This document shows positions 14,975 through 15,118 of a stretch of DNA of 15,118 bases, piece by piece. Position 1 is the stretch's first letter. The number at the start of each line of letters is the position of its first letter. A program made the translations under genes and the position numbers. The DNA comes from a virus, in the UHGV virus genome UHGV-2163177; one strand, 5' to 3'. The notes beneath the pieces are model-generated. The model saw nothing but the letters and a program-made list of their open reading frames with translations. It made no database searches and was not told where the DNA came from.

Positions 14975-15118
14975 GCTCGCGCATCTGCTCAATCAACACT
15001 TTCAGCTCGATGGCGGAGTTTGTCACTTCGGCATTGATAGATTTCGACGCAAGAGTGTTCGACTCGCGGTTGAATTCCTGCATCATAAAGTCCAGACGAC
15101 GACCAACGGCTTCTTTTT
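14955..15118 (-). CDS. yicC: YicC-family protein (endoribonuclease YicC), C-terminal fragment; 5' part lies outside the window
   Basis: Minus-strand translation gives ...KEAVGRRLDFMMQEFNRESNTLASKSINAEVTNSAIELKVLIEQMREQIQNIE-stop, recognised as the YicC C-terminus. Confidence 0.85.
   Translation of the reverse strand, partial: KEAVGRRLDFMMQEFNRESNTLASKSINAEVTNSAIELKVLIEQMREQIQNIE

Overview
The window is an E. coli-type chromosomal locus (dinD at the left, 3' end of yicC at the right) interrupted by a ~13.6-kb integrative element at 1386..14974, bounded by perfect 21-bp direct repeats. The right repeat overlaps the last codons and stop of yicC, so the element sits between yicC and its native terminator. 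Almost all element genes are on the minus strand: a P4-type tyrosine integrase, an AT-rich 260-aa orphan, an AlpA-like regulator, an AntA/AntB-type antirepressor, a divergent small RHH-like gene, six translationally coupled small ORFs leading into a P4-family helicase, an array of P4-type TGTTCACC iterons, a ProQ/FinO-like and PerC-like gene pair, an AT-rich small membrane protein, a second iteron array (TTGACACTTT) in an 830-bp non-coding stretch, and a 662-aa AlbA_2/Schlafen-like plus HATPase_c_4-like protein next to attL. No capsid, terminase, sid/psu/delta or lysis genes are recognisable, so this looks like a P4-related satellite or integrative island rather than a prophage. The best candidates for an undescribed function are the AlbA_2/HATPase protein and the AT-rich orphan between int and alpA; both are inferences from motifs, composition and position. 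All family assignments come from reading motifs by eye; no database search or computation was run.
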